Origin: Verrucomicrobiota bacterium
Lineage (GTDB): Bacteria > Verrucomicrobiota > Verrucomicrobiia > Opitutales > Seribacteraceae
DNA: 64,000 nt
Assembly (NCBI GenBank): GCA_027622665.1
Contig: JAQBYT010000018.1
Span: 1 to 64,000, forward strand
Direction: 5' to 3'
Numbering within the stretch: position 1 is the stretch's first letter; each line of letters begins with the position of its first letter. Below, piece by piece: positions 35,201 to 50,200 of the stretch. Under the pieces are notes generated by a model. The model was not told the origin of the DNA, ran no database searches, and saw only the letters and a program-made list of their open reading frames with translations. The position numbers and the translations under genes are program-made.

Positions 35201-38200
35201 CGCGGTGCCGAAAGCCCCTCCCATTCCCGCGGTCCACGTGGCACCCCCGTAAATATCGGCGACGGGGTTGAACCCGGTCGAGTCTCCGGCTTCGACTCCT
35301 GTGCCTTCGTCAAAACGCCAGTGAGCGATCAATCCTTCGGAGACCCCGGGTGGATTCAGTGAAACCGTGACTTGTTCTCCACCATTGCTTGTGACCTGTC
35401 CGTGAAGAGTGGCCGAGACCTTGGTGCTATCAGTGGCGGGAAGAGCAACTACCAGCGGTTTGCCCACCGTGCGGAAGCTTTCTGCCTTGTCGGACCAATC
35501 CGATGCCGTCGCCCCGACAGCCTTGACTCGATAATACACGGTGTCGCCCGAGGTGTAACCTCCAACCTTGTGGGCGTGCAGACCTGCGCCCAGTTGTCCC
35601 ATCTCGAAGCTGTCGGTCCATAGACCTTCATTGTCGGCCCGTTCAACGGGGCCCCAATAGACGGTAACGTTGGGAGCGGGACCGTCGTAAGATATCAGTT
35701 GGAAATTCAGCGTGGCGTTTGTGTCCGTAACTACGCTTACCGGCAATACCTCTATTACCGGGGGCGCGGGTAAAGTACCCGTGGTGAATGATTGAACGCC
35801 GGTGCCTCCGGCAAGAATCTTAATTTCGAGTGCGGAAAGTTCGGCGGGAAAGATTTGAGCATCGGACATGGAACCATTGAAATCTCCCCACTTCTCCGAC
35901 GCAGGACGACTTGCACCTAAGGAAAGCGGGGACTTGTCGCTACTTTCGAGACGACCGTTGAACTGGGTCCAAGTGGAAATCTTAGCACCGTCGACGTAAA
36001 GAGTCATTTCAGAACCGTAGGTTAAGGCAAGGTGATGCCATTGACCGTTTTGTATGCCGGCTTCCACTTCAATGGTGCCGTCGGAAGTTCCGGAGCCCGA
36101 GTCGATGTAAATCTCAACTTTGGTGCCGTCGGTACCTATTTCCATGTTGTCGTTGGATGCCGAACTGCATTGCGCCAAGAGAACGTTGTTGATTGCGTTG
36201 CTGCTGGCAATCGGGCTTGCCCCTGCAATGTCCGAGTCGCGCTTGAACCAAACGGAAAAGGTGAAACGTTCGATGTCGTCCATGACGTCTATGTCACCAA
36301 GGTTGACGAAATCATCGTTGCCATCAAAATGAAGGACTCTGCCGCGAGTGCTGTCGATTACGGAAGTCGAGCCGTTGATTTGTCCGTTGGCTTGGCCCAT
36401 CTGATCGATGGCGGACGAACCCAAGTCGTCCAACTTCCAATGTAAGATGGGCATTGCGGAGACGTCGTTCCCGAGTGAAGATCCGGCTCCGTTGGTTGCC
36501 TTGGCTCGGTAATAATAAGTGGTTGCAGGCTGAAGTCCCGTCAGAAAGCCGGAGAAGCTTCCGGCACTATGGGTTCCGGGCAAAGTGAGATTCCGGTCGA
36601 GAACGCTGTCGCTTAATCCCCAGTCGAAGGACGCGATCGAGGGTTCGCCACCCGAATCGTGTAGCGAACCATTGAGGCGGGCTCCTGTCGACACCACCTC
36701 GGTTCCGGCGAGCGACACGGCTCGTGGGGTTACGGGATCGACGGTTAGGGTGAAAGTATTTGTGTCCGAACCCCATATGTTGGTTGCCTTGACCGTGACG
36801 GGGAAGGATCCTGCCGAATTTGGTGTGCCGGTTATGTTTGGACCTTGCGGACCGTAGGGAGGTTCGGTCTTGTAGGGGTGGGTGGAAGGCAAGCTGGTGG
36901 TGAGTCCCCACTTGTGAGCCAAGTAACCCTCGAGTTGCAGGCGATCATTCTCATCCATTTTGTCCTGTACCATCATAATCTCGCCAAGTTCCCAACCGGA
37001 ATCAAAGTTAATGCGGTCGAAGAGGACGTTTTGATGCCATTGGTTGGAAGTGCTGCCCCCTCCCGATTCTCCGTTGACCCACATGGCGTAGTCGTAGCGT
37101 TTTACTCTCCAGCCCACCATGGAATAGACGCCGGATGATTTACCTGAATTGAGGTCGGGATCGTTATTGTTATAACGCATGAGACTCCAGTTGCCATTGT
37201 GAGCCAAACGCCAGCCATTGTAAGTGAAGAGCTCTCTATTTGCGCCTGCATCGTTGTACTGCTTGCCCACGATATAAATGGTCATGGGCATCGGACGAGG
37301 GTCGGAAATAGTCAGGTTTTCACCAATGTTGAAGCGAACGAGGGGCTTCCCGTTCAACTGATTTTGGATTATCGTCGGGCCAGTTGAGAAATCAGTCGTA
37401 GTGGCATCGCGGCCATTTCCGGAAATGTCTTTCCAAGTCTTTACGTAGTGATCTTTGGAAGCCAAGTAACCAGTGTCGTTTGCGTCCAGCCAAAGCGATG
37501 GACTGAGATCGCTCGGATCCCAAGAAACGGGTGCTGAGGCTTGATAGGGGTGACCTCCTTGAAGGTCGCTTGCCAAACCCCATTTGTGGGCGAGATAGCC
37601 TTCCGTTTTCGATATATTGGCATCAGTCAGTGGTGTATTATAGATCAATAATTCGGCCAAGTCTCCGTTCCAGTACCTGCCTGCGATATTCCGGTCGTTG
37701 GAAAAATTGCTGGCCTCCACGTTGCCGGTGGTACGGAGCGAAATCACGGACATTGTAGCTGGTATATTCGCTATCGTGCCGTTTGCTGTCGTCCCATTAA
37801 TTGCAAGGACTCCGCTTGAAACATTGGTGTGGGTATTGCCTTCGAAAAAGGTGCTACCTTGCGAGTGGAAGTGGTATTGATTGTCGTCTCCCAACAGGAA
37901 AGACGGTCCGCTGTTTCGCTTTACTACCCAGAATACGGTACGGATGTCGGTCATGTTCGACCAACTGTGGTACTCCCCATCGGTTCCGCTATATCTAATG
38001 ACAGGCATACCATTGAGACCGTTCGAAACAAAGCTTGGAGAACCAAATCCGGTAGCGTGGTTGCCGTTCCCACTCTTGTCTTCCCAAAGCGAAACTCTCA
38101 TGCCCGTTCCGATCGTCCCGTACTCTATCTCGGTGGAAGAATTGTCGTCGCTTGCGTACCAAGCCAAAGTACTCGGGATGTTTGCAGGTGTATAGGGTTC

Positions 38201-41200
38201 ACGTGTGTCGAGACCGGGTGGCAACCCCGTGAACTCGTAGGTTACCCCGTAACCTGCAGAGGTGGAAGTGGAGAAAGGTTGTCCGTAGGTGGCGGTTGTG
38301 AATGAGGGATTGGAAACGGAAGGCATCTGGACGATGGTGGCGGTACCCGATCCGGCTTGACGAGCCGATGTTAGGGGGGCTCGTTCGGCCAAACCCATAT
38401 CTCCTTGGTAAAGATAGTAGACTTCCTCAGGTGGGAGAGCTTGACCATAGAGACGTACGTCGTCGATTATGCCGAGAAAGTAACTACTGTTGGAGTTCAC
38501 GTCCTCGGGATTTACTCCAATGTTTAGAGGAGCCGTGGTGTTAATGCCCAAAGCGGCAGTAATGGTTTTCTGCTGTATGAGAATCCCGTCCAGATAGGTT
38601 GCCGCGATTCCGCCCAAACCTTGGTTTGTGCCAACGACGTGAAACCATTTGTTCCATGCTGACAAAAAGGTATCACCTGGTCCACTAGAGGTGTTGGTGC
38701 CTTCGTGGAAGCGGTGGCGAACGAATCCGCGAGTTGCATGGTTTCCGTCACCAAACCAGAAGTTGAAGTTGCGACCTTGACGCCCAAACAGACCAGTCCA
38801 GTAATCATTGTTTTTCTCCGGGTATACCCAGAAGGAAACGGTATATTTGTCGAGATGCATGGCGGTATTGTTGGGAATGACTACTCGGTCGTCGTTTCCA
38901 TCGAAACGGAAGGCATTGCCAATCATTCCCGGAACACGGTCGGGAGAACCTGTGATTGTACCTTCGAGCCCGTTAACACTCGAGTCTGCTGCCGTATTTA
39001 TGCCACTGGATTCCTCGAATTGCCAATGGCCTACCAAGTCTTCCGAGCGAAGTACGTCGGGGATGGTCTGCCGAACGATTTCTCCTCCGGTTACGTCAAG
39101 AGTCCCTTGTGTCAGGTTGCCCGGAGTCAATAGGGCGATGCGCCCTGCTCCTCCTGCTCCTCCGGAAGACATGATTAGAGCATCTCCACCTTTAGCTGAA
39201 AGTGTGCCCGAATTCGAAATGTTTGCGGCTTCGAGGCGGATGGAACCGCCGGATCCGCCTGCCCCTGATCGGTCACCAGCGTAAAGGCCATTGCCGCCAT
39301 TCACCGAGAGCAAACCGTTGGAACCGATGCTCACATTGCCGTCGGATTGGATGCCCATGGCACCTCCTCCTCCACCCGAGTTGCCCGTTCCACGTTCGGC
39401 GTGCCCTCCGCCGGAACCGCCGACTAAGTAGGTGATGACATCGTCACCGTAGATCGAGCCGGGCGTGCCGCCGAATAGTCCGCCTGTGCCTTGACCACCA
39501 TAACTGCCACCACCGTTTGAGCGTCCGGTTTCAAAACCATGTCCGCCGCCGGGACCCTGCCCTTCGAGCGCGAGGTGTTCGTTGGAAATGACGTTGTCTG
39601 CAGCACGACCCGAATTCCAGCCACCGGGGCCGGCTCGGCCGGAATAGGCTCCCTGGGAACCTGAAGAACCGTCTAGCGAAATAGCGGTGTTAATCAAAAC
39701 ATTGCCTGCGACCTTCAATTGAATGGCGTTACGACCACGAACTACCACTGCAACGCCCGGTCCAAGGTTGACCGAGTCGAAGGAGAATGTGCAAATACCG
39801 TAACCGAAGCGAGCCCCGCCGTTGTCCTTGAAAGAATGATGAGTGACGACACCCGCTCCCTTGGTTCCCGAACTGTGGGACCACGAACCGCCTGTATCGA
39901 TAGTCAGGGTGCCTGAATTAAAAATCAGATCCCCGGCTACTTGACTTTTGGATCCGACGTAAACTGAGCCTGGCAAGCCGGGCAAGCCTTCCGCCATCCC
40001 CTTGCCTCCGTTCACGTTGATGCTACCTTTGACGATCGTACCATCGGAAATAATGGCCACTCTCCCTCCACCTCCTCCTCCGCCCACACTCTGGCGGTAG
40101 CGTTGTCCGGTTTCGCGTTCATCTTGGCCCGCGGCATCGCCGCCAAGCGCTTCCAGGATTCCAAGGTTTCTTATATTGGAGGCTTCGATGCGGATGCCTC
40201 CGCCGGAACCTGCCCCTCCTGTTCGGTAAGCACCTTGGTTTGGATTAACGAAAATCGTTCCGCCGTTCATTTTGATGGTAACGCCTGCTGCGATTGTAAC
40301 GTCTCCAGAGGCTACGATTTCCATTGCTCCGCCTCCACCTCCGGACTCACCTCCGTTGCCGCCGCCGCCGCCTGAACCGCCGAGCAGAAAATCGAGGGCA
40401 CCGGAACCATAGGATAATCCGCCTGGTCCGCGGTCACCTTGGCCTCCTTCGCCCGCATGGGAAGCTCCACCGCCCGTCAACCAGGTCTTGTAACCTCTTC
40501 CGGGGCCCTGGTTCCCTCCGTAACCACCGAGAACACTTAAGCCGATGCGGTTGCTCCTCGTTGTATCGTCCCCATAGTATCCATCATGACCGTCAATTTT
40601 TGTGGCTCCAAGCACAACAGGATTGGCCAGGGGGGTGGCTCCGGAAAAGCTCTTCTCTATCGTTGCATTTCCATCGATTTGGAGAGAAAGGGAATTCTTG
40701 CCGCTCAAAATTATTTGACTCAAGTTCGTCCCGAGATACAAATTTTCAGGGAAATGAAAGGTAGTGACTGTTACGGGCCATGCACTGCCGTCTGGTGCAA
40801 CATAGGTGGTCGTTAGGGTGGAATTGGCATCGAGAATCTTTGATTCGCCGGCACTCTTGTCCCAATAGAAACCCGAGTTGAGTCCTGTTTCATTGTCGCC
40901 CGTGTGAATGCGTATGGTACCTTGGTCGAAACGCTTCGTCGTGAAGGACAATGATTCGGACCACGAAGTTCCGCTGTTGTTCACGGCTTGGAAGCGGAAG
41001 AAGTAGGTTTCTCCACTGTCGATATTCGTCAGTTTGGCGTTGAACAGTCCTTGATTTATGGATCCGAGGCTTTTGTTCGCGTCCCATGCGGAGGAGGTGG
41101 CGCCACCATCCGAAGTTCCGTAGAAGACAGTCACGCCAGGTGCATCTCCACCAGTGGAGTTCATGTCGCCGAGCAAGGTGGCGGAACGACCTTCTACGTT

Positions 41201-44200
41201 CTCGGTCCCAAGAGCGCTTAGGCTGGCAGTGGACGGGGTGGTGGTGGAGATGAGATTCAAGGTGACAGTGGTGGAACCTTTCGCGTTTGTCGCAGTGACA
41301 GTAGCGGAGAAGACGCTGGTAGCGTCGGGAGTACCGGAAATTTCTCCCGTTGCGACGTTCAACGAGGCCCATGAAGGTAAGCCTGTGGCGTTGTACTCGG
41401 AGGCTGGAGGGCTGGCTGGTATGGCGTAGATGAAAGGAATGTTCAGGGCCACAGAGGCGTTCAATTCACTGGGTAGCTGTGGTGCAATGAGGTATTCGGT
41501 CAAGGTGGACACAAAGGTGGAGCCTAGTTTCTGGTTCTCGGCGGAGTAGCGAATCCAGCGAGAACCTCTTTCTACGCCTGAGATGCGAATCTCGTCCATT
41601 TTCCCATTGAAGCGAGATGGGTCTTGCACGCCGTAACCGAAGGTGACGTCGCCAACGCTTGCCGTGGAAACGGTGCCTGTGGCGGAGTTTCCGGCTGGTT
41701 CCTGTTTGCCGTCGAAATAAAGTATGGATTGGTTGGAGTCGCTTGAACCGGTCGGGAAAGTCACGGCCAAATGGTGCCATTCGTCGTCGTTCACGGAAGT
41801 TGTTCCATTCGAAATTCCGGTGCCGGCGGCCAATTGAAGAGTTCCCGAGCCTATGCCGAACTGCCAGTGGTTGCCCGATCCGCCCCAGCCGGCAATGTCG
41901 CCTGTGTTGCCGGAAGTCTTGACCCACGCCGATATTGTGCGTGGGGAGGAACCGAGGATTCCCGAATAGCCGCTAATTGTTATGCTGTCGTCAAGACCAT
42001 CGAAGAGATACCCCCATCCAATGGCTGAGCTGTCGCCGCTAGTCACTCCTCCGTTGCGCGAGCCGTTGCGGTTTCCGGTGGCGGATGCAACGACAGGGTC
42101 GGCCGAGGTTTGCGAGAGGTGCCAAACTCCTTCAAAGTTCGACCATGTGGAACCATCTGCTCGGTAGGCCGGTGCAACCTTGTCCGAGTCGTTGCCCCAG
42201 TAGGCGGTGACAATCTCTCCGGGAACAATGTCATTCAACTTCACCCACGCGATGGATTCGCCGGCGATGTCCCATGTTTCCAGTTCATGGGGTAGTTCAC
42301 GAAGAGACGAATCGAAGAATCGGAGATCACCCGCAGTTGTCTGGTCTGCGAAGGTGGAGTAGTCGAAACCCGCTACGGGCCCGGGTCCGAGGCGAACGAG
42401 TAAAGGGAAATCCTTAGTCGATCCGCCGAACCATTTGTCTCGGAGGTAGGACTCCATGGACTCGATTTCGGTGGCGGTGAGTACGCGATCGAATATCATG
42501 ATTTCGGCGACTTCGCCCTTGCCAAACCGCTCGTTGGCATTACTGCCGCCCAAGGCAAATAGCGCTGGCTTGTAGGCTGTGGGATCAGCCCCGGTTTTGT
42601 CCGTGGCCAATGTGTATCCATCTCGTCGTAGAGTGGCGAGGGCTCCGCTTGTCATTGTTCCGGAGTGCAGGTGCCAATTTGTGTCGGATTGAGCGGCGCT
42701 ATCGATGACGGTTGTTCCAGCCGTCCAATGTCCCGTGTTCCCGTTACCTAGACCAAAGGCCCAGTTGGAACCGATTGTGGAAATTATGCGTTCATCGTCC
42801 CCGCCTAAGTACCGTGCCACGGTGAGCACCGAGTATTCCGAAAGCATGGGACCGAAGTCGGTGGTCGAGTGAAGTTGGGAATAACCGTCGAAACGAACTA
42901 CCCGTTGCCCTTCCTGCGATTCGTGACCGGCGATCACCGGACGACCACGGACCTTGTCGAGGTTGTTTTCATTTCCGGAACTATCCCCCCAGACGGTTAC
43001 TCTATCTCCGATGACACCTTGCACACTTTCTGCATCTAGCCATAAGACGAGCCCGGGGAGATCGCGCGGAAGACCGCTCTCGGTTGTTCCGGGAAATCGA
43101 ATTTCCATTTTTGCGGAGTAGGCATCGAAATCCACCATGCGAAGAGCCAGATTTCCTATGGAGCTGCCGTTCAGGTTGGTGGCGTTTACTTCCACATTTA
43201 CGGTGCCCGTTACATCGGTAGAGCCGGAAATGATACCAGTTGCGGCATCGAGGCTTAAATCGCCGGGTAATCCTGTGGCGGTAATTGAAGAGGCGTCTGG
43301 TACGGGAACCTTAAAGTTTATTGGCTTTCCTTTTTCCACGGTGAGCGCGAGCCCGCCGGGAATACTCGGAGTTCGGTCTGAATCTCCGACGCCCGAACCA
43401 TAGATGGCGGTGACCTCTTCCGCTGTCAGGGCGGTTCGGTAAACACGAAGATCATCAAGAAATCGGGCAAATCTGTCCCAACTGCTCGATGAATTGGTGT
43501 TGCCAATGTGTTTTAGTGCATCGTTGCTTTGTCCGTTGGTGAAACCAGTCTTTACACCGTCAATGTAGAAGATGGTCTTTCCGCCTGTGCCCACTACGGT
43601 AATGTGATGCCAATCGAGGTAATTTGCAGAAGGAAGATCGACGGTCGAATCGATAAAGCCAGTACTCCCGGAAATAAAAATGCCGAGATCATCGCCTGAT
43701 TTTGGTACTAGAGCGTGGGACTCAAGAGATCCGCGGAAAAGTCCGCGCACTTCGGTGTTGCTGAAAAGTTCCTTGAACCAGACGGCAAGAGTCCAGTCGG
43801 ATGGGAGAGGTAAACCACCTTCGATATCAAGCCTGTCGTCGCCATCGGAAAAAGAGAGTGCCCGCCCGAATTTTCCTGCGTTCTCGAAAATTAAACCATT
43901 CTCGAGCTTTGCCGAAGGACCACCCTCGATTTCATTGGAGGCTTCGGTTCCGCCGACGTCGTCGAACTTGTAGTAAGCGATCAACGCCTCTTCGCGTACA
44001 AGGGGTAGGCGGTATTCTACGACATGGGATCCCGCGGGAAACGCGACGTTTTTGTCGCTAAGCGCTGTTCCGTCGGGAATGGATAACGTGACGGTTCCTG
44101 AGACCGAGGGGTTGAGGGGCGTGATGCCAAAGTTGTACACTCCTGCAGATTGTTTGGAAAAACTAGAAATGTTTCCACCGGGGACGTTAAGGTCGAGTTG

Positions 44201-47200
44201 GTCGAAACCAGTTACTTCGATGGGGAATCCATCCTGAAGAAAGCGTACCGTTACGGGAATGGGAGTGGTCAGGGATGGCTTGGATTCAAAAGTTACGAGT
44301 TGATTGTCGAAATCGCCAAACCCTTCACCGTGAATTCCAGAAATTTCAGTCTCGTTAAGAACGGAGTCATAGATCCTGAGGTCATCGAGGTCGCCCTGAA
44401 AGAAATTATCCGAGTTGGTATCGTTTCCACCGACCCAAAATTGATGGTCTAGGGCGAGTGCGTGAGTTCCGGCGAATGGACTTTCGGCATCAAGGATTCC
44501 GTCCACGTAGAACAGGATGCGTTTGTTCAACAAATCATAGGTTAATGCCACATGGTTCCATTGAGAGAGATTAAGTACTGATCCACTCCAGAACTCATCA
44601 TTAGCAGTGATGGGCAGTCCACGCTGGTCAAGATCGGAGCAACGAAGTACGAGTCGACGATTAATGCTACGCAAGTCAACGTCGCCTCCCAACTGATTGT
44701 TGTTGATGATGGAAAGCTCGCTTTCTGCCCGAGGTAGCACCCAAAAAGAAATTGTGGCGGTTTTCAGTTCATTCGGTAGACCATCCACGCTCATAGATTT
44801 GTCCGAGGTTCCAAATGCTAACGCGCCGCCGAACTTTCCGACAACCCAATCGGCTGCAATCATTGTTCCGTTGCTGCTGCCGCCGGCTGAATCGTATGCA
44901 GTGTTGCCTACGGCGTCGTCGAACTTCCACCATGCCACCAAGTGAGCTTCGCCGACCCTGTGCGCGCGATATTCAATCTGCTGATTCGCTGATTCGTTCT
45001 TTCGTCCGTACGCATTAGTGACCGAGTTTGCAGCCATCTCGATTGTGATATTTGAATCGAAAGAAGATGGGGCTATCTTGAAGGTGTAGGTGGTCTCATT
45101 GAAATCGGTGATTGTGCCACCCGTAACCAGCAAATCTTGGGAAGAATTGAAATCACCGACAGTTTGATTGAAGCGCAAGGTGACAGGGATGAGGTCGGCG
45201 GTGGTTGGGCTTTCCACAATGAAACTTGGAGCGGGAGCGAGATCGCCGCTACCTCCGCCCCAGATAGCTCTGATTTCTTCAGTACTTAGGGGGCGACCGA
45301 AGATGCGGACGTCGTCGATCCGACCATCGAAAATACGATTCGAATTGTAGTCGCTGCCAATGCGAATCATGTTCGCCGTGTCGGTGAAGTTGAAAGTGGT
45401 CGCAACGGAAGGTTCCCCATTGTGGTAGGCGGTTGCCACTTGCAAAATAGGATCGAAACTAGCCGCGACATGTGCCCACTCTTTGACGAAGATCCTGTGG
45501 GCGATCTCTTCTCGACTTTGCCCTGTCCATAAACTCATTCGGCGATAACGGATGAAGAAACCCCAGTCCCATCCATTGGCGGTGTCCTCAGTTGCAAAAA
45601 GGGTTTTCTCTCCATCCAGTCCACTATCCACGTCGTCGGGATTGATCCATGCGGAAAAGGTGAGGCCGGTGCTAGTGGCGGAACTTTGATCAATGAAGAA
45701 GGGGACCGAGACCTGATCTCCGTTGAGGTCGATGGCTTTACCGAACTTTCCAGCAACGCGAGCGACGTCGGACGAAAGGCGCGCGTGCCTTTTTCGACCG
45801 GATGAATCCCCGACGAAAGTACCATTGTTCTCGTCGAAAGTGTACCACGCCAGAAGATCGTCTTCCACGGCGGTGACGATTCTATAGTGAAACTCGGCGG
45901 CTCCCGGTTGGTTGCCGGTTCCGTTTAAGTCGACGGCATCTGCAGGTATAGCCAAGCGAACCATTGTGGGGTCGCCGGTAGCATTCAAATCAAGGCTGTA
46001 GGCATTGTTTGCTCCGGTGTCGGTGAAGTTCAGTACGTCGGCGTTGGTTGCGTTAAGGTCTTCGGTTGCAAATCCGGTGACCGAATGGGAGGTTGATCCC
46101 TTGACGAAGCTTGTGGTGATGGAAGCCGGGTTGGATCCGAAGGGAGTCATTCCGGCAAAATTTGGAAGCAGACCCGCATCTCCTGCTCCATTATTGAAGA
46201 TTGCGGAGATTTCGGAAGATTCTAGGGCACGGTTGTATAGACGGAAATCATCGATTTCGGCATTGGCTCCCAAAGAACCGGCATAGCCTAGATAGAGGTG
46301 GTGATCGGCCCCATCTCCCCACTCGAGAAAGCCCGAGGCGGGAGTTGACGCCATCTTCGCTCCGTTAAGAAAAAGAGAAACCTCGGCACCGTCGTAGGTC
46401 ATGGCGTGATGGGCCCATTCCCCTAAAATGGAGCGGCTTCTTGTGGTTCGCCAGGCACCACCCGTATAAACGCTTGCCCGAACTGTATTGTCCATTTCGT
46501 ATTGAAGGCTGAACTGGCCATTTCGCGCCAACACCCCGGCGTTGTCGTTGTGAATCTTAGCCCACATCGAAAGGGTGAGTTCATTGAGCAAGGATACTTG
46601 ATCACTATTGGCCTTGGCATAACCGCTTTCCGGCAAGAAGAGAGAGTTACCGAATTTCCCTGGGGACGGTGTGGGCAACCTGTTGAGATCCAAGTCGCCA
46701 GTTCCGTGGATTTCGGTAACATGGGAGTCAGCCAGCACGAAGTCATATACCCGGAAGTCGTCCAGATATTCCGCAAACCGTTGGTCGCCAGCCTGATAGT
46801 TCCCGATAGCGTATATGTTGTCGCCGGTGGCTCGGTCGGAATCACCCTTGTAAACGCCGTTTAGGTAAAGCTTTGTCTTGTTCGTGATCGCGTCGGAAAC
46901 AACCACGATGTGATGCCAGGAGCTTGCGGAATCGGCAGCCGGCAGGTCGAATTCGCCGGAGTCGCGCCAATCGCCGTTCGCATTGGCGTAGACCCCTGCG
47001 TTGACTGCTCCATTCTGGACCATAAAGTGGTGGTGGCTGTTGGAACCTCTGGTAAAAGTTCGCCATTTCCCGGATGACTCGGGGTACAGCTTTTTGAACC
47101 AAGCGGAGAGGCTGAAAGTGGCCTTGGTGACGTCTCCCCCCAAGTCAAGTGGAGTGGTTACTCGGGCATGTGCTCCTGTGCTTCCGGTCGGAAGATGAAG

Positions 47201-50200
47201 AGCTGCTCCCCCGAACTTCCAATCAGTTGTTGAGAAAAGGGCACCACTCGTCAAGGTGGCGTCGTGAGTGTTCCCGGTAATTCCGGAGTTGGCGGCGGTT
47301 GACCCGCTTGTTTCGTCAAAGGTCCAATGTCCGATGAGTTGACCCAAGCTCGATTCAATCGTGGCGTTGATACCGGGACCGCCCGATATGTCGGGTGTCG
47401 AGTTGTCATCAAGATTCTCAAAGGGATACCAAATGACGAGGTTTTCTTCTGCCGTAAGGCTAGGCCGGAAAGCGAATGAACTAGTGGATGCAGATGTTTT
47501 TTCATTCAAAGTGACATCACCGGCTCCCTTGGGTAAGGAAATTGTGATTATGGAGATTTGGCCATCGGGGATAATGTCGAAGGTGTAGGATGCACCGGAT
47601 CCATTGGCATTCACTATCGTTCCTCCGGTTACGTTGAGGTCGTTGGTTGAGTTGAGGTCGAAGTTCGTTACCGATTCGAGAGTGCCAAATCGCTTGAAGT
47701 CGAGAGTGACGGAAACGGGCGATCGGTCAGTTGGGGAGGCTATCGTGACCAAGGGAACGACGCCTATGTCGCCAAAACCGTTTCCGTGCAGTATGGCGAC
47801 CTCAGCATCGGTAAAAGCGACGTCGTATAAGCGAACGTCGTCGATCAGACCATTGAAGTCGAAGTTGCCGGAGTTGTCCCATGAACCGATTCGAACGGAA
47901 CTGCCTTCCATTCTGGTATTGGAGGTAGGTCCAACTGGCAGAAAGCCGGCTTGCTCGCCATCGACGTAAAGGAAGCGCTCGTTGCCGTTCATCACGCAGG
48001 CGACGTGTTGCCAAACGCTAACTCGAGCTGCGTTGTCCGGCCCATCCAATCGATTTGCGGCTGTGCCGGGGTTTCCGGCATTAAAGGTGAAGGTGCGATT
48101 GGCCAAGCCCGTACCGTTGACGTTGTACCAAAGAAGAACGGAATCGTTGCCATTGCCGGAGCGGCAGAAGATTCCGGCGTCGTCTGCATTGCTTGTGAGT
48201 CCGGCCCTGTTGAGGTTTACCCACGAGGAGATGGTGAAGTCTCCATCGGAGTAAATACCCCTGAACTTGGGTATCTCCGCATAGTCTCCCGATCCGTCGA
48301 GGTTCAAGGCTTTCCCGAATTTCCCGGTGGTCAGGTGCGCGTCGCCTCGCAGGAACGAAGTGTTATGTGCTATCCCTACGTCACGAACAGATGAGCCATT
48401 TGCTTCGTCGAAGGTCCAACGTGAAATGATATCCGTTTCCCGATAGACGGCAGTGTGAAAGAGAACTCGGTGCGTGGTGCCTTCGGTGCTGAAGTTGGAT
48501 TCGTCGTTGGCAGCGGCAGAAGGTATGGTCACGAGCATTTCCTCCGCCCCCGAATCGGTGGTGACGTTGAAATCATAGGCAAATCCCGAACCATTGAAGT
48601 CCGAGGCCGTTCCGTTGATAACTTGAATATCTGAAATGCTGAAACCGGTGACGTTGCTGTCTTGTCCCTTATCCCCGAAACCGACTGAAAAGGAAATGGG
48701 GTTTGTGTGGGCTGGAGAGGATGCCGTGATAATGGGTGTCGACCCCAAGTCGCCGAACCCGTTTCCGTAGATGCCGGACACTTCAGCGTCCGAGAGCGAT
48801 ATCGAATAAATCCGGACGTCGTCTAGAAACTCCGCGAACGCTTCCCCCGAGTCGTGGTTGCCAATCAGAAATACGTCTGACGTTTCCTGTCTGTCCGAAC
48901 TGCCCACTGGCTTGCCGTCGATAAAGAAGTATGTGCGATTGCCCTTGGCGACAGCTGCGACATGGTGCCAACCAAGGTAGTCGAGTGGATTTAGGGTCTT
49001 TCCGGAGGAGCGATATCGGTTGTTCTCGTTGCCATCGTTTCCGTCGAAGGAGCACAGTGTACGGTCGCTTCCACGAAAGAGTATCATGCGATCCCAATCG
49101 AGATTGCTTGGCTTTTCATTGCTGCGGAATAAACTGTTTTTGCCGGTGGTGGAGTACAATCCATTGAACCAAGCGGACAGCGTGTAGGAGTTGGAATCGA
49201 TATTTACTCCCGAGGCGGAGTTGGTTTGCATACGGGCTGCTATTGTGTCCGGGGCAAATCGAAGGCCTTGCCCAAAGCGACCTTCTGCGGTTAGTTCTGC
49301 GTCAATCAAGGTGGCATTATTCTCATTTCCTGAGCGATCCTGGGCAATGTTCCCAACATCACCATCAAAAGGCCACCAAGCGGTGAGATTTTCTCCGCTG
49401 GTGACGGAACGCCACATTTGCCGGGTTGTGACTGAGGCGAAGGGACTTCCCTCGCCGTAACGGTCGGTTATTGCGGAATCACGAAGAGTGATTGTCGCAT
49501 CAGTAGGGACATTGAATTGAACGTCTAATTCGTAATTCCCGGGACTCAATTTAGTTAGCAGACCTGCAGCGCCGGTAAAGGGAGCTAGTGTCAAGTCATC
49601 CAAGGCCAAACCCGTAACCTCAATCGGATTGCCGAACCGCTCGAACTTGATTCCTAGTTTGAATGGGTTGTCTCTAACTACTCGACCCACTTCCAGTGTG
49701 CTTTTTATTCCCAGATCCCCATCCCCGTTGGCATAAATTGTGTCTATCTCAGCCTGAGAGAAGGCGACGTCGTAAACGCGAAAGTCATCCATTAAGCCGA
49801 GGAAGATACGATTGGCGGTAGTTTCGTCGGTCCATCGACCGAACTGGAAGGGATAGTTTTCACCGGTGTCGATTTCATTGCGAGCCCAGTCGGCCAAACG
49901 AGAGCCGTTGAAATATACTTGAACATTTGTTCCCGTATAGATGTGGGCCACGTGAATCCAGCGGTTTCGGATGTCGGTGGGGGCGTTGAATTGCGGATCC
50001 CAGCACCAATGTTGGCTTCGAATTCTCTTGTAGTTGTCTTGATGAAGCTCGCGTAAGCAAAAACTCTCGTTTTTCCCATTGCCACAGGCACGAGAACCAT
50101 AACCATAGGGACCTGCATCGGTTTGTTGACCGTCGAAAACATACATCCAAAAGGAGATGGTCCGCGGTTTGTTGCCTCCTACGTTAAGAGCGCTGCCGTA

